Notes under the pieces: generated by a model
Database searches by the model: none
Seen by the model: only the letters and a program-made list of their open reading frames with translations
What the model was told of the DNA's origin: nothing
From: a virus
Direction: 5' to 3' (one strand)
Length of the DNA stretch: 64,000 nt
Virus record (IMG/VR): IMGVR_UViG_3300038463_000401
Position numbers and translations under genes: made by a program
Part shown: positions 9,045 through 17,502 of the stretch, piece after piece
Layout: each line of letters opens with the position of its first letter
Position numbering within the stretch: the first letter of the stretch is position 1

Positions 9045-9356
9045 CTATAGCTCCGTACCGTCGCGATACACTGGATGGTCAGGCTGAGGTTTGTCTACGC
9101 CATCGCCAGAGCCATCTCCAAACGGAGATAGGCGCTGCGCCACGACTGCAGAGAAAGCAATTCCCAGCCCAAGACCTCTGGTGAACTCTTCGGTGAGGAC
9201 CAATTCTTTGGGGTATTCCGTCTTGCTTTTAAGATAAGTAAGAACATCGATTGCCACATGAGGAGCATCAGCCTCTATGTGGTCTATGATGTCGTTCAGT
9301 GAAGGGAACCCGTTACATTTAAGACACTTCCTGATTTCGTCGAAATACTGAGACAT
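9045..9356 (-). CDS. Hypothetical protein
   Basis: 103-aa ORF with RBS, lying between the receiver gene and a terminator. Confidence 0.55.
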   Translation of the reverse strand: MSQYFDEIRKCLKCNGFPSLNDIIDHIEADAPHVAIDVLTYLKSKTEYPKELVLTEEFTRGLGLGIAFSAVVAQRLSPFGDGSGDGVDKPQPDHPVYRDGTEL

Positions 9357-9380
9357 GTTGCACCCCTTGTTGAGAAAAGG

Positions 9381-9842
9381 CTAAGCGTCACCCCGCCACA
9401 TCTCGTAGCCGAGCGTCGTCCCGTCGAAGCTTCTATACTCAGCTACGAGCGGAACGATCTTCTTGGCCAGTCTGATTAGCTTTAGGCGAGTGTTGCCCTT
9501 GACTGACTTGGTGATATAGGCGTCGCAACCAGCCGCGGCTGCTTCCGCCATACTCGTCAGCCCTTCGCGCGCGGTCAACGCGACGATAGGCTTGGAGTAG
9601 TGGCGGCGTCGCAGCATCTTTACAGCCTCAAGCCCGTTTAGGATAGGCAGGCTGAGATCCATGAAGACGACGTCGTAGTTACCGGATAGCGCGCGCTCGA
9701 CTGCTTCGCTACCCGTGGTGACACCGACGACCTCGGCGGCGCCTGCGTGACAGAGAATCATTTGCGTAAGGCGACGACTGGCATCGTCATCCTCAGCGAC
9801 CAGGAACTTCATACCGGAAAGGGCCTTGACGTGAGCCATCAT
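9381..9842 (-). CDS. Stand-alone response regulator receiver (CheY-like)
   Basis: LVAEDD, VVFMDLSLPILNG (phosphoacceptor Asp), ALTA, YITK. Confidence 0.9.
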   Translation of the reverse strand: MMAHVKALSGMKFLVAEDDDASRRLTQMILCHAGAAEVVGVTTGSEAVERALSGNYDVVFMDLSLPILNGLEAVKMLRRRHYSKPIVALTAREGLTSMAEAAAAGCDAYITKSVKGNTRLKLIRLAKKIVPLVAEYRSFDGTTLGYEMWRGDA

Positions 9843-9871
9843 AGCTCGTACCTCGGGGATGGGTGGTGGGC

Positions 9872-10234
9872 TTAGTTCGGGTTGGCTAGTTGGGCGAGAA
9901 GTTGCTGGATGTCTGAAGGGCTGCCAGAAATCTTTGCGGTGGGGCCATCGTTGTACTGAATCTCGGCAACGACTATGCCGCCAGCTAGCTGGACAGGTGC
10001 CATACGACGGGCCTGCCGTTTCTTTTTCTTAGGCTTTGCTGAGCGCGCGTCCCGCATGGCATAGACAGAGCTGGAGCTTAGCCCAGTTTTTTCTGCTATT
10101 GCGGGGGCACTCATGCCGGACTCCATCAGGCCTCTCACACCAGATCGGACTTTCTCCGGATAGGGCTCGGTGACACTTTCCCTGTTTTTGATGTGGGCTT
10201 TGACCCCTTTTGCAACACTTGCTACCGTAGTCAT
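9872..10234 (-). CDS. Small HTH DNA-binding protein
   Basis: SGMSAPAIAEKTGLSSSSVYAMR. Confidence 0.65.
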   Translation of the reverse strand: MTTVASVAKGVKAHIKNRESVTEPYPEKVRSGVRGLMESGMSAPAIAEKTGLSSSSVYAMRDARSAKPKKKKRQARRMAPVQLAGGIVVAEIQYNDGPTAKISGSPSDIQQLLAQLANPN

Positions 10235-10857
10235 TTTCTCTCCTTGTGGGTTAGCATAAACAACATTTTCATGGTGTCCTTCCTGTGCGTGTACCTGATT
10301 GTTAGCCAGTTCCTCTTAGGCCCAAGAGCCTTGCGGATGGCACTGCTACGATCTTCTATGAAGCCTTGCCAGGACTTTCCGCACTCTTCGAAAGCCTTGG
10401 ACCCGCGGATGTATCCGACCTGGTCGTGAGCCTCGGCGAAGGTCATCGCCACAGCCGCGCCCGGGGCTAACTGATCTGACTTCATTAACTGGCGGATGGC
10501 ATCTTCCCTAGCGGCAGTGTAGTGGCCACAAAGGTCGATAAAGGCCAGCTGGAAGGGCACCTGCTTAGCAGGCCCGTTCGCGATGGCTGGGAGATACTCT
10601 TCGACCGTGGTCTTAAGAAGAGTGATACTCGGAAGATGGCCGACCTCCTTTCTTTGTTTCTCAAAGACTTGAGGCACTTTTTCCAAAGAGACTACCTGAA
10701 AACCCTTCTCAGCAAAAAGCTTCAGGTCTGAGCAGTCGGGGCCGCCAAGCGACAGGATCCTTCCAGTCTGCGGGCCATTTTTAGCTTCTCTAAGTAACAG
10801 ATGATGAATGCCCCGCTTGATGGGCGAGTCCACGTAGCTGTTGCGTCTCACCGCCAC
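10231..10857 (-). CDS. Putative class I SAM-dependent methyltransferase-fold protein
   Basis: ILSLGG (motif I-like), VVSLE, FQLAFIDLCG. Confidence 0.45.
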   Translation of the reverse strand: MAVRRNSYVDSPIKRGIHHLLLREAKNGPQTGRILSLGGPDCSDLKLFAEKGFQVVSLEKVPQVFEKQRKEVGHLPSITLLKTTVEEYLPAIANGPAKQVPFQLAFIDLCGHYTAAREDAIRQLMKSDQLAPGAAVAMTFAEAHDQVGYIRGSKAFEECGKSWQGFIEDRSSAIRKALGPKRNWLTIRYTHRKDTMKMLFMLTHKERK

Positions 10858-10909
10858 CCTCCTAAGTATAATTAAACTTTGTTTACATTTATCTTATACC
10901 AAAATAGTT

Positions 10910-10935
10910 AAAGAAAACGGGGAGGTTATCCCCGT
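10910..10935 (-). terminator. Intrinsic terminator
   Basis: Minus strand CGGGGA-TAACC-TCCCCG followed by TTTTCTTTA. Confidence 0.75.
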
Positions 10936-10940
10936 GTCCG

Positions 10941-11822
10941 TCACTTAGCTGATGCGACGTTTTCTTTACCGAGGTACTCGATCATCTTGATGATGATCGA
11001 GTGGTCTTCCTTCCTGCAGAAGACGAAGACGTCATGGACATAGTTGAAACCGAAGGCCTTCACCTTTAAAGCGTTCCCTTCTTCTCCGCAGTATTTTAGT
11101 TGGCCGTTCTTCCCAGCGCTGCAGCTACCGTACCCAGCGACAATAATCTTCTTCACTCCTTCCACGAGAGATAGCGTCCTGATCGTTTCGCGCACCTCTC
11201 CAGATCCGAGATGATCCAGGTTCTTGATCTCGGCTGCTACGGGGAGGGACTTGACGACGATTGGCTTTGGCCTGGCTATCGCGGTCGGGGCTGGCCTAGC
11301 CTCGACCGCTACCGGTTTTGGGTCGGGGAGTTTCCTCAGCTCTTCGAGGAGCATCATGTTAGCGTTCATGTACGCGGTCTGCTGCTCAGCCGCCAGCTTC
11401 CTCAGGTCGACAACCGCCGCGGCGAAGGATGCTGCGTTCTTTGTGCCTTCCTCCGCGACCTTGACGAGCGCGGCAGTGGCCCTGGCGATCACCTCGCGAA
11501 GAGATGGGACCTCGCCGTGCAGATTCTCTAGCGCAGTAGTTAACTCAACGATGACTTCTTCGCGCGTTGTAGGTGCCCTCGGCTTGGGGAGCTCCGCTAC
11601 CTTCTCAACTACATTGCGGACACGCTGTATCTTGTTCACCGGTGCCTTGGCCCTAATGCAGCCACAGTCATCAACCAAGAGAGGCGCGCCACCCTCTCTA
11701 AGAACCAAGTGCCGGAACTCATCCCCCGTCTCCAGAGTGCGGTCGTACTTGACCTTGATGCGTGCCTCGACGTGCTCGATCGGTTTAGTCCAATCAATAA
11801 CTGTCTTCTCAGCCTTTGCCAT
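10941..11822 (-). CDS. Hypothetical protein (coiled-coil middle region)
   Basis: 293-aa ORF with RBS aaggag. Confidence 0.7.
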   Translation of the reverse strand: MAKAEKTVIDWTKPIEHVEARIKVKYDRTLETGDEFRHLVLREGGAPLLVDDCGCIRAKAPVNKIQRVRNVVEKVAELPKPRAPTTREEVIVELTTALENLHGEVPSLREVIARATAALVKVAEEGTKNAASFAAAVVDLRKLAAEQQTAYMNANMMLLEELRKLPDPKPVAVEARPAPTAIARPKPIVVKSLPVAAEIKNLDHLGSGEVRETIRTLSLVEGVKKIIVAGYGSCSAGKNGQLKYCGEEGNALKVKAFGFNYVHDVFVFCRKEDHSIIIKMIEYLGKENVASAK

Positions 11823-11869
11823 GAACTCTCCTTAAGTATAAGTAACCTCACGGTACTTATACCAAGAAG

Positions 11870-11945
11870 TGGTGCCCCCGGTTGGACTCGAACCAACGAC
11901 GCCCGGCTCTTCAAGCCGGCGCTCTACCAACTGAGCTACAGGGGC
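11870..11945 (-). tRNA. tRNA-Phe(GAA)
   Basis: Full cloverleaf GCCCCTG...CCGGC-TT-GAA-GA-GCCGG...GTTCGAGT...GGGGGC-A-CCA. Confidence 0.95.
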
Positions 11946-11964
11946 ATAGAGTGCTTAGAGTGGG

Positions 11965-12040
11965 TGGTCGACACGGAACGAATTGCACGTCCGACCTTTC
12001 GCTTATCAGGCGAATGCTCTACTAGCTGAGCTACGTGTCG
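11965..12040 (-). tRNA. tRNA-Ile(GAT) with atypical D and T loops
   Basis: CGACACG/CGTGTCG acceptor stem; TTCGC-CT-GAT-AA-GCGAA; T loop TGCAATT; encoded CCA. Confidence 0.9.
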
Positions 12041-12041
12041 G

Positions 12042-12116
12042 TGGTTGCGGAGCTGGGATTTGAACCCAGACCTCGGGCTTATGAGGCCCGCGAGTTAACC
12101 GTTTCTCTACCCCGCA
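12042..12116 (-). tRNA. tRNA-Met(CAT); initiator-like body, class uncertain
   Basis: TGCGGGG...CGGGC-CT-CAT-AA-GCCCG...TTCAAAT...CTCCGCA-A-CCA. U1:A72 is paired and the G-C run is shifted by one position relative to the fMet 29-31/39-41 pairs. Confidence 0.88.
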
Positions 12117-12117
12117 A

Positions 12118-12158
12118 TAAAGAGAAGCCCCCGGTTGCTCTTGGCAGATCCGGGGGCT
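12118..12158 (-). terminator. Intrinsic terminator-like hairpin upstream of the tRNA cluster
   Basis: AGCCCCCGG...CCGGGGGCT followed by TCTCTTTA on the minus strand. Confidence 0.6.
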
Positions 12159-12321
12159 ACACAAACGTGCGACGGATCGGCCCTTACATGGCGAACTCCA
12201 TCGAAATGCTTTTGCGCTGCTTGGTCACTGTAAATAAGCCTCTTAGGAGTCTGGCTCTGCCGGTACCACTAACGCCGGACAGGCGCCTCATGACGGCCAC
12301 AAGCCAGACGAGTAAAGCCTA

Positions 12322-12564
12322 CTAGTGTTTGAAGATCCTGTCCAGGGGGGTCTTTGAAGTCGCTACTGGCGTCAGCGACGTTCCGCGCGGCCGGTGGTGC
12401 GAGTTGTGTTTGCGGCGAGGCTCATACTCTTCATCGGCCTTACGCACGGCCCCCGAAGGTGTTGTGGCCTTGCCGCACTCGTCGCAGTTTATCGTGCCGT
12501 AGCGCGTCTTGGTGACGTGGGTGCTTTGGCATTGGGGGCAGGTGAGGGGTGGGATGCGGGTCAT
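12322..12564 (-). CDS. Small Zn-ribbon protein
   Basis: CPQC...CDEC; RBS ggagaacac. Confidence 0.7.
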   Translation of the reverse strand: MTRIPPLTCPQCQSTHVTKTRYGTINCDECGKATTPSGAVRKADEEYEPRRKHNSHHRPRGTSLTPVATSKTPLDRIFKH

Positions 12565-12588
12565 ACGCGCTGTGTTCTCCGATAGTTA

Positions 12589-12953
12589 TGGACCTGGGCG
12601 GAGTCGAACCGCCGTCTTGTCCTCGATCCACTGCTAATCTACGTGCGTATCCGGTTCAGCTGCTTCACCCAACCGGCAAGATAGGGCGCTTGGTTCCCCA
12701 AGCCGCCTCCACCATCCTGGTTATGGATCCAGGCGTCCAAGTAGCACACTGTGCTAGAGCTTATTGAGATAGTGCCCCGGCGAACTATCCTCGCAGTTCT
12801 TAGGCTGCGAGCTTCATCGAACCGGCGCGAGCGCCGAAGTCGACTGCAATGACGTTGTTGTCATGTTCGGTTTGCCCCGTGGGTTAAGGAGTACGGAACA
12901 GCCTCCTGCACGCATAGCAGGTTCACAAGACCAATCGATACCGTGACAGGCCC
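12589..12953 (-). ncRNA. ssrA: tmRNA (one-piece, CCA not encoded)
   Basis: 5' GGGCCTG...GGTATCGA pairs with 3' CAGGTCC-A, giving G3:U70. T arm GGCGGTTCGACTCCGCC. Tag frame ends DNNVIAVDFGARAGSMKLAA-TAA (12862-12800), with the stop inside the CTCGCAG/CTGCGAG helix. Confidence 0.93.
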
Positions 12954-13003
12954 ACGGAAAGCCTAGGCCATCAGCGAGCTTTGCGCAACAGCTAAAAGAA
13001 AGC

Positions 13004-13270
13004 TCAGAGAGCCTTCTTAAACTCGCTGACCGGCGTGCCGCCTTGAGCGAGATGCTTCGCACGCTCTTCGAGAATTTGCTGTGGCGTCTTCTCTACGACG
13101 GCCATGGCTTTGGGCTTGGGGGCCTTCGCCATCGCCGCATAGTTGAATGTACCGCCGGATTTGGCACGCTTCTTCAAAAGCTCTGCTGCCTGCATTGCCT
13201 TGTAGTTCAACGCGGGGCCCGGCTTAATCGCCGCCTGCTTCTCGAAGGATGTCCAGAAGTGACCAGTCAT
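13004..13270 (-). CDS. Small protein with N-terminal FWxxFEKxA motif
   Basis: MTGHFWTSFEKQAA; internal LKKRA. Confidence 0.7.
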   Translation of the reverse strand: MTGHFWTSFEKQAAIKPGPALNYKAMQAAELLKKRAKSGGTFNYAAMAKAPKPKAMAVVEKTPQQILEERAKHLAQGGTPVSEFKKAL

Positions 13271-13274
13271 GGCA

Positions 13275-13595
13275 CTAGCTTAACTCGGCCTGGTCTTGGA
13301 GTCCATAGCGACGTGCGAGCCAGTGCTCGGTGGCTTTGATGGCTCCGCGCACGTAAAGAGCCTCGCTCACGCTCAGTGCCCCGGCTCTAGCCACCCGGTC
13401 AACCCACCCGCTGCAAGAGGAGAGCTGATCTAGCGTATGGCACGATTCAATAACCCGAAAGATTCTGTCGATATAGCAGTACTTAGGTGCCCTAGGCACT
13501 ACGATCTTCAGCCGCCCGCCGACGAGGCTGAGCGCGAGGCCGTCGGCGCGGCGCGGCGCAGCAAGAACAGACCGCAGCCAAGTGAGGAATACCAT
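13275..13595 (-). CDS. Hypothetical protein
   Basis: 106-aa ORF in the operon. Confidence 0.5.
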   Translation of the reverse strand: MVFLTWLRSVLAAPRRADGLALSLVGGRLKIVVPRAPKYCYIDRIFRVIESCHTLDQLSSCSGWVDRVARAGALSVSEALYVRGAIKATEHWLARRYGLQDQAELS

Positions 13596-13642
13596 AGAAC
13601 CGGACTCCTTTGCCGTTGCAGAACGAGCAGATTTGTTTCTTT

Positions 13643-13882
13643 TTAGCCAAGAGTTTCCACCTCCTTGATCGCCTCGCGGAGCAGGTACAACATCTCATTG
13701 AGGTCATATGGGCTAGTGACCCGCTGCGCAAGTTTCTTCAGGGACTCGTACTCTCCCCAGAGTTCTCCCCCTCTTGGGGATGCCAGTTGCAATCTGGTGA
13801 TGGCTTCCACAATGGCGGATTTAATGTCCAGTGCTGCGGGCTTATCTCCTTTGCCATCCGGGCTACTGTTACCTTGTGCCAA
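13643..13882 (-). CDS. Hypothetical protein
   Basis: TTG start with strong AAAGGAGG RBS; overlaps the 3' end of the RNase HII ORF. Confidence 0.55.
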   Translation of the reverse strand: MAQGNSSPDGKGDKPAALDIKSAIVEAITRLQLASPRGGELWGEYESLKKLAQRVTSPYDLNEMLYLLREAIKEVETLG

Positions 13883-14583
13883 CGCTGCCTCCTTTCACGC
13901 CAGTGGGCGCGCTCAGCCTCCGGGATGTCGGCGCGCTTGTATGATGGTTCCTGCATAAACGGCCAGTGCCGAAGGCGATGAATACCTGGCTGTACGCCGT
14001 ACCTGTCGAGCCCGTCTAGGTGGCGAGGGTCACGAGGATGGCCCTTGTTGGTGTTCCAAGCATAGTAGGGGAACGCCTCGTGTAATTTGAGCATGATCTC
14101 GTCGCGGTAAACCTTGGCGATAATGCTAGCACTTGCGACGCAGAGGCTCTTGCCGTCCCCGTCGCGAATCCGCGCCTGCTTGATCCTGATCGGCACGCGC
14201 ACGCGCCCGTCTAAGAGAAGAAAGTTGGGGCGGATAGGAGCACCGGTGCTGGGCGACTTGCACGCCATGATCGCGCGCAAGCCAGCCAACCCGATAGCAC
14301 TTGGTTTACTGAGGTAGTCGACTTCCGCCGGTGAGACTTCTCCGATGCCAATGCCAATGGCAGTCGACCAGATGATCTCGGCCAGCCCCTTGCGGTACTT
14401 CTCCGCGATCTTCTTACTGTCGTCTACCTGGAAGATCTTGAGGTCATCCCGTGCCAGATCTATCCTGGGTAAGATTACACAGGCAGCGACGAGCGGCCCA
14501 GCGATGTCAACGACACCTGATTCGTCGACACCGCCGAGCAGTCTGCCTTCGCTGTAGAACATACGGTCAAAACAGGTGTCCAT
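13738..14583 (-). CDS. rnhB: Ribonuclease HII
   Basis: GVDESG...AGPLVAACVIL, DDSKK, LLDG, GDGKSLCVASASIIAKVYRD, NKGH. Confidence 0.9.
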   Translation of the reverse strand: MDTCFDRMFYSEGRLLGGVDESGVVDIAGPLVAACVILPRIDLARDDLKIFQVDDSKKIAEKYRKGLAEIIWSTAIGIGIGEVSPAEVDYLSKPSAIGLAGLRAIMACKSPSTGAPIRPNFLLLDGRVRVPIRIKQARIRDGDGKSLCVASASIIAKVYRDEIMLKLHEAFPYYAWNTNKGHPRDPRHLDGLDRYGVQPGIHRLRHWPFMQEPSYKRADIPEAERAHWRERRQRWHKVTVARMAKEISPQHWTLNPPLWKPSPDCNWHPQEGENSGESTSP

Positions 14584-14604
14584 GTTGGGTTTTGACCCGA
14601 AGGG

Positions 14605-15243
14605 TCAACTCCTAATCGGTGCAACCAGTGCGCAGCTCTCCCAGTTATAGCCGAGCACCAGCGGTGTTTCCACGTCTACCCTGTTGAAGTGGTAGATGTG
14701 GCAACCATCGTAGCGCATCATTTCAACCAGTGCCAGCTTTAGGTTGTGCGGGTCCAAGATCAGTTCCGCGTTGCCCAGTGGCAGCTCGAAGCCGAAGCCG
14801 AAGTGCTCCCTTTTGTCAGAGGCCGATGCCGCGCCGTGCCTGGCCATGGGGATGAAACCGAACTTGTCGACAACGACGTTGACCTTCCTTTGTCGCATGA
14901 GTTCTAGGTAACGGATGAGGTTGCTGACCAACGCCGGCGGGACCTTCTCTGAAGGGATCATCCGCTCGAACGGCTGGTAGCATCCGAGGGGATCGGGGAA
15001 GCCTTGGAAGTGGTGCGGTTCTTGTAAAACCAGTTCGTTGCGCTCATTGAAGAGGTAGAACCCATCCTGAATGTGAAGCTGCGCGCGCAGCATCACTGCT
15101 CGAGAGCAGACCGTAGCCACCCCGCCAGCGACGCGGATCACGCGCCACCGGTGGTGGTTCTCCGGCTGGGCCATGACGGCTTTCCAATTGTCGCGGAGGT
15201 ACGGGGGTTCTTGTTGGAGGGTTGGTTTAGCTAAGGCGTTCAT
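14605..15243 (-). CDS. Hypothetical protein
   Basis: 212-aa ORF, translationally coupled to its neighbour. Confidence 0.65.
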   Translation of the reverse strand: MNALAKPTLQQEPPYLRDNWKAVMAQPENHHRWRVIRVAGGVATVCSRAVMLRAQLHIQDGFYLFNERNELVLQEPHHFQGFPDPLGCYQPFERMIPSEKVPPALVSNLIRYLELMRQRKVNVVVDKFGFIPMARHGAASASDKREHFGFGFELPLGNAELILDPHNLKLALVEMMRYDGCHIYHFNRVDVETPLVLGYNWESCALVAPIRS

Positions 15244-16022
15244 TAGTATCCTGCAAAGACAGTGTTGAAGACGCGTGCCACCCGGGTCAGCCTGGAGTGG
15301 CGGCCGGTGAAGGAGAGGCGAGGAGAGTTGTGGGTGATCTCATAAGTGGTGTGTTGTAGTAAGTCCCAAACGGAGTTGTTGCCCTTGTCGCACCCAGCGC
15401 ACCAAAGCTTGGTTACGCTATCGGCCGTCGCGTCGGGGAGGATCGAGCGGACCTTCTCGTTGTCGATAAAGCCTAGGCCATCATCGAGGGTGATCTTCTT
15501 CTCGCTATACGTCTGGAAGACTTGCTGGCTGCTGGTGAACGCCGTAAGCAGCTCGTTAGGATCCGGCAGGGTGAAGTTTAGGTTGTCGCCGACATGGCGG
15601 ACCGACGCGTCGAACACAGTTTTCTCGGTGATGATGCCGAGGTTGAGACACTCAAGAACGATGGTCGCCACCTGGATCTGTAGGGAGTGGCCTACCTTGT
15701 ATGCATTGCGGACAATGACTCGCAGTGCAACGTGGTTTGGGCCTACGTCTAGCTGCCTGTCACGGAAGAGGTATTCTGCGGTGAACCTTGCGCCCTTGCC
15801 CTCGACGTGCAGTCTACGCTCGGGGGTTCCGAGTTCCTGCATGTAGGGGCCGATCTTCTCCATCACGGCGCCGTGCGTGATGATCTTGTAGCGGTCACTG
15901 ACCGTCGAGATAGCCTCGCCGGTGTCCGTGCGGATCACCGCGCGGGATCTTGGTACCGGCGTGCCATCTACTGTTTGAAGTTCTTTCAGAGCAACGGGAA
16001 AATCATAAGCTTCAGCTAACAT
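15243..16022 (-). CDS. DUF932-like phage protein
   Basis: AVIRTDTGEAISTVSDRYKII...NAYK...C-x-N...VRHVG pattern. Confidence 0.7.
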   Translation of the reverse strand: MLAEAYDFPVALKELQTVDGTPVPRSRAVIRTDTGEAISTVSDRYKIITHGAVMEKIGPYMQELGTPERRLHVEGKGARFTAEYLFRDRQLDVGPNHVALRVIVRNAYKVGHSLQIQVATIVLECLNLGIITEKTVFDASVRHVGDNLNFTLPDPNELLTAFTSSQQVFQTYSEKKITLDDGLGFIDNEKVRSILPDATADSVTKLWCAGCDKGNNSVWDLLQHTTYEITHNSPRLSFTGRHSRLTRVARVFNTVFAGY

Positions 16023-16024
16023 TG

Positions 16025-16288
16025 CTAGTATCTCCTGTAGGGCTGACGAGTCTGGTTATGCGCGCCGGGTCCGGGGCATGGCATTGATAGAACCATCTCT
16101 ACCTGCTCGACCGGAATGCAAATCATCTTCAGCATCGCCCCTTTACGAGATGGTGCCGGGAGTTTTGTTGATTCTATTCTGGGGTCTGCTATGACTCGGG
16201 TGAGTCGGTAACGGTAGGGGATGTGATTCGCTTCGCAAATGGCCTTCAGTGGTACCCACCGTCGGCCTCCGTGGGTGATTTCAACCAA
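16025..16288 (-). CDS. Small antirepressor-like DNA-binding protein
   Basis: WVPLKAICEA...MICIP resembles the P22 Ant N-terminal region. Confidence 0.45.
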   Translation of the reverse strand: MVEITHGGRRWVPLKAICEANHIPYRYRLTRVIADPRIESTKLPAPSRKGAMLKMICIPVEQVEMVLSMPCPGPGAHNQTRQPYRRY

Positions 16289-16509
16289 TCAGCCTCTTCC
16301 TTTCTTTATCTTCGACAAATGTGCGAGCTTCGACTTCATCTTTGAACTTATGGCAGAACGTGTCTCCTTCCGGGGTTACGAAGCCCCAATAGCCTGGGGA
16401 TAGCTGGCGAAAGTCCCACTTCGCTGTGGCAGCGGCCACGCGCTCGTCGTAAGCCGCCTTGATGGTTTCTCCAACGTTCAACTTCGCGTGGCGGTCTTTC
16501 TTACTCATC

Positions 16510-16920
16510 TTATACCTCAAGGCTTCCAAGGATTTTCTGTAGACCTTTGACGGCGACGGTGCTCTTAGCGATGTCTCGCCGGAACTTGCCAATCCTACGC
16601 TCCAGCTTCCACTTTAGCGGAATGTGCAGCAGGCGCTCCCACTTGTTAAGCTCGACATGCTGCTGGTGCATCGCAATTTCTACCGTATCGTCAGGGCCCA
16701 GTGCCATAGTCTGCGCGAGGTGGCCTAGGTTCGCATCCTTGAATTTGACGACCTTTACCCACATGATCTCGATGCCTCTGCCACAGATTTCCGCGCGAAA
16801 GTGCAAGGTCATACCGCTAACGTCGATGTCGTGCTTGGACTTGCCCGAGCCTCCTCGCGCTTTGCGGATGTCCGTCACAACGGCTAGCTTAGTCTCCGCG
16901 TCGTCTCCTGAGTGCTGCAA
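16510..16920 (-). CDS. Hypothetical protein
   Basis: 136-aa ORF in a dense minus-strand operon. Confidence 0.55.
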   Translation of the reverse strand: MQHSGDDAETKLAVVTDIRKARGGSGKSKHDIDVSGMTLHFRAEICGRGIEIMWVKVVKFKDANLGHLAQTMALGPDDTVEIAMHQQHVELNKWERLLHIPLKWKLERRIGKFRRDIAKSTVAVKGLQKILGSLEV

Positions 16921-17266
16921 TGCGGCGTTCCTTTCTATTGCGCGGCGGCGGTATGCGCTGTGGGGTGTGCGTGAGCTTCACCGGTTTAGGCGTCGTCCTT
17001 CCAACGAACACCACATTCGGGTCGACCTCCTTCATCTTGCCTGGGTCTAGCTCATGTGCAAAGAACTTATAGTCGTTGCCGTGTGTCGCTGGTTTCCCAT
17101 CAGCGGTTCGAGCATAGAGGAACTGTGCCTTAGAGCGGTCAAAGCCCTCGATATCCTCCTCGCGGATCTGGCGCTTAATGGGTTGCGCGTTAGCGTCAAC
17201 CAGCTTGGGCTTTGCGGGCTCTTTCGAAGAAATAGGGCGGCCGTCGGGGCCATAGAGCAAACTCAT
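16889..17266 (-). CDS. Hypothetical protein
   Basis: 125-aa ORF coupled to its neighbours. Confidence 0.55.
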   Translation of the reverse strand: MSLLYGPDGRPISSKEPAKPKLVDANAQPIKRQIREEDIEGFDRSKAQFLYARTADGKPATHGNDYKFFAHELDPGKMKEVDPNVVFVGRTTPKPVKLTHTPQRIPPPRNRKERRIAALRRRRGD

Positions 17267-17502
17267 GGTGTTCCCTTACAGGCAGCGGGTGTGCCGTCGT
17301 CGTTGAGTTTTGGTGCAATAGACTCGATGTTCATCCAGTCGTGCGACTGAATACTCGTTACCGAATAATAGACATGCCCCTCCAGGCAGATCTGAGAGTA
17401 GCGCCCGGCGACCTTCTCGCCAACTAGCGGTCGGCTCGGGTCCATGCAGCCTGTCAGGATCAGTGCTATTGACGTAGCCAATAGAATGGACTTAGTGATC
17501 AT
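17263..17502 (-). CDS. Small putative lipoprotein
   Basis: [19 protein letters not shown] lipobox; ATGA overlap with the thyA stop. Confidence 0.6.
   Translation of the reverse strand: MITKSILLATSIALILTGCMDPSRPLVGEKVAGRYSQICLEGHVYYSVTSIQSHDWMNIESIAPKLNDDGTPAACKGTP

Noticed and set aside
12035-13062. ORFs called over the tRNA/tmRNA region (12035-12325, 12549-12767, 12814-13062)
   Set aside because: They are antisense to RNA genes and have no protein features.
13738-13882. 145-nt overlap of RNase HII with the next ORF as a sign of frameshifting
   Set aside because: The RNase HII domain is complete before the overlap and no slippery site is evident; a simple C-terminal extension suffices.
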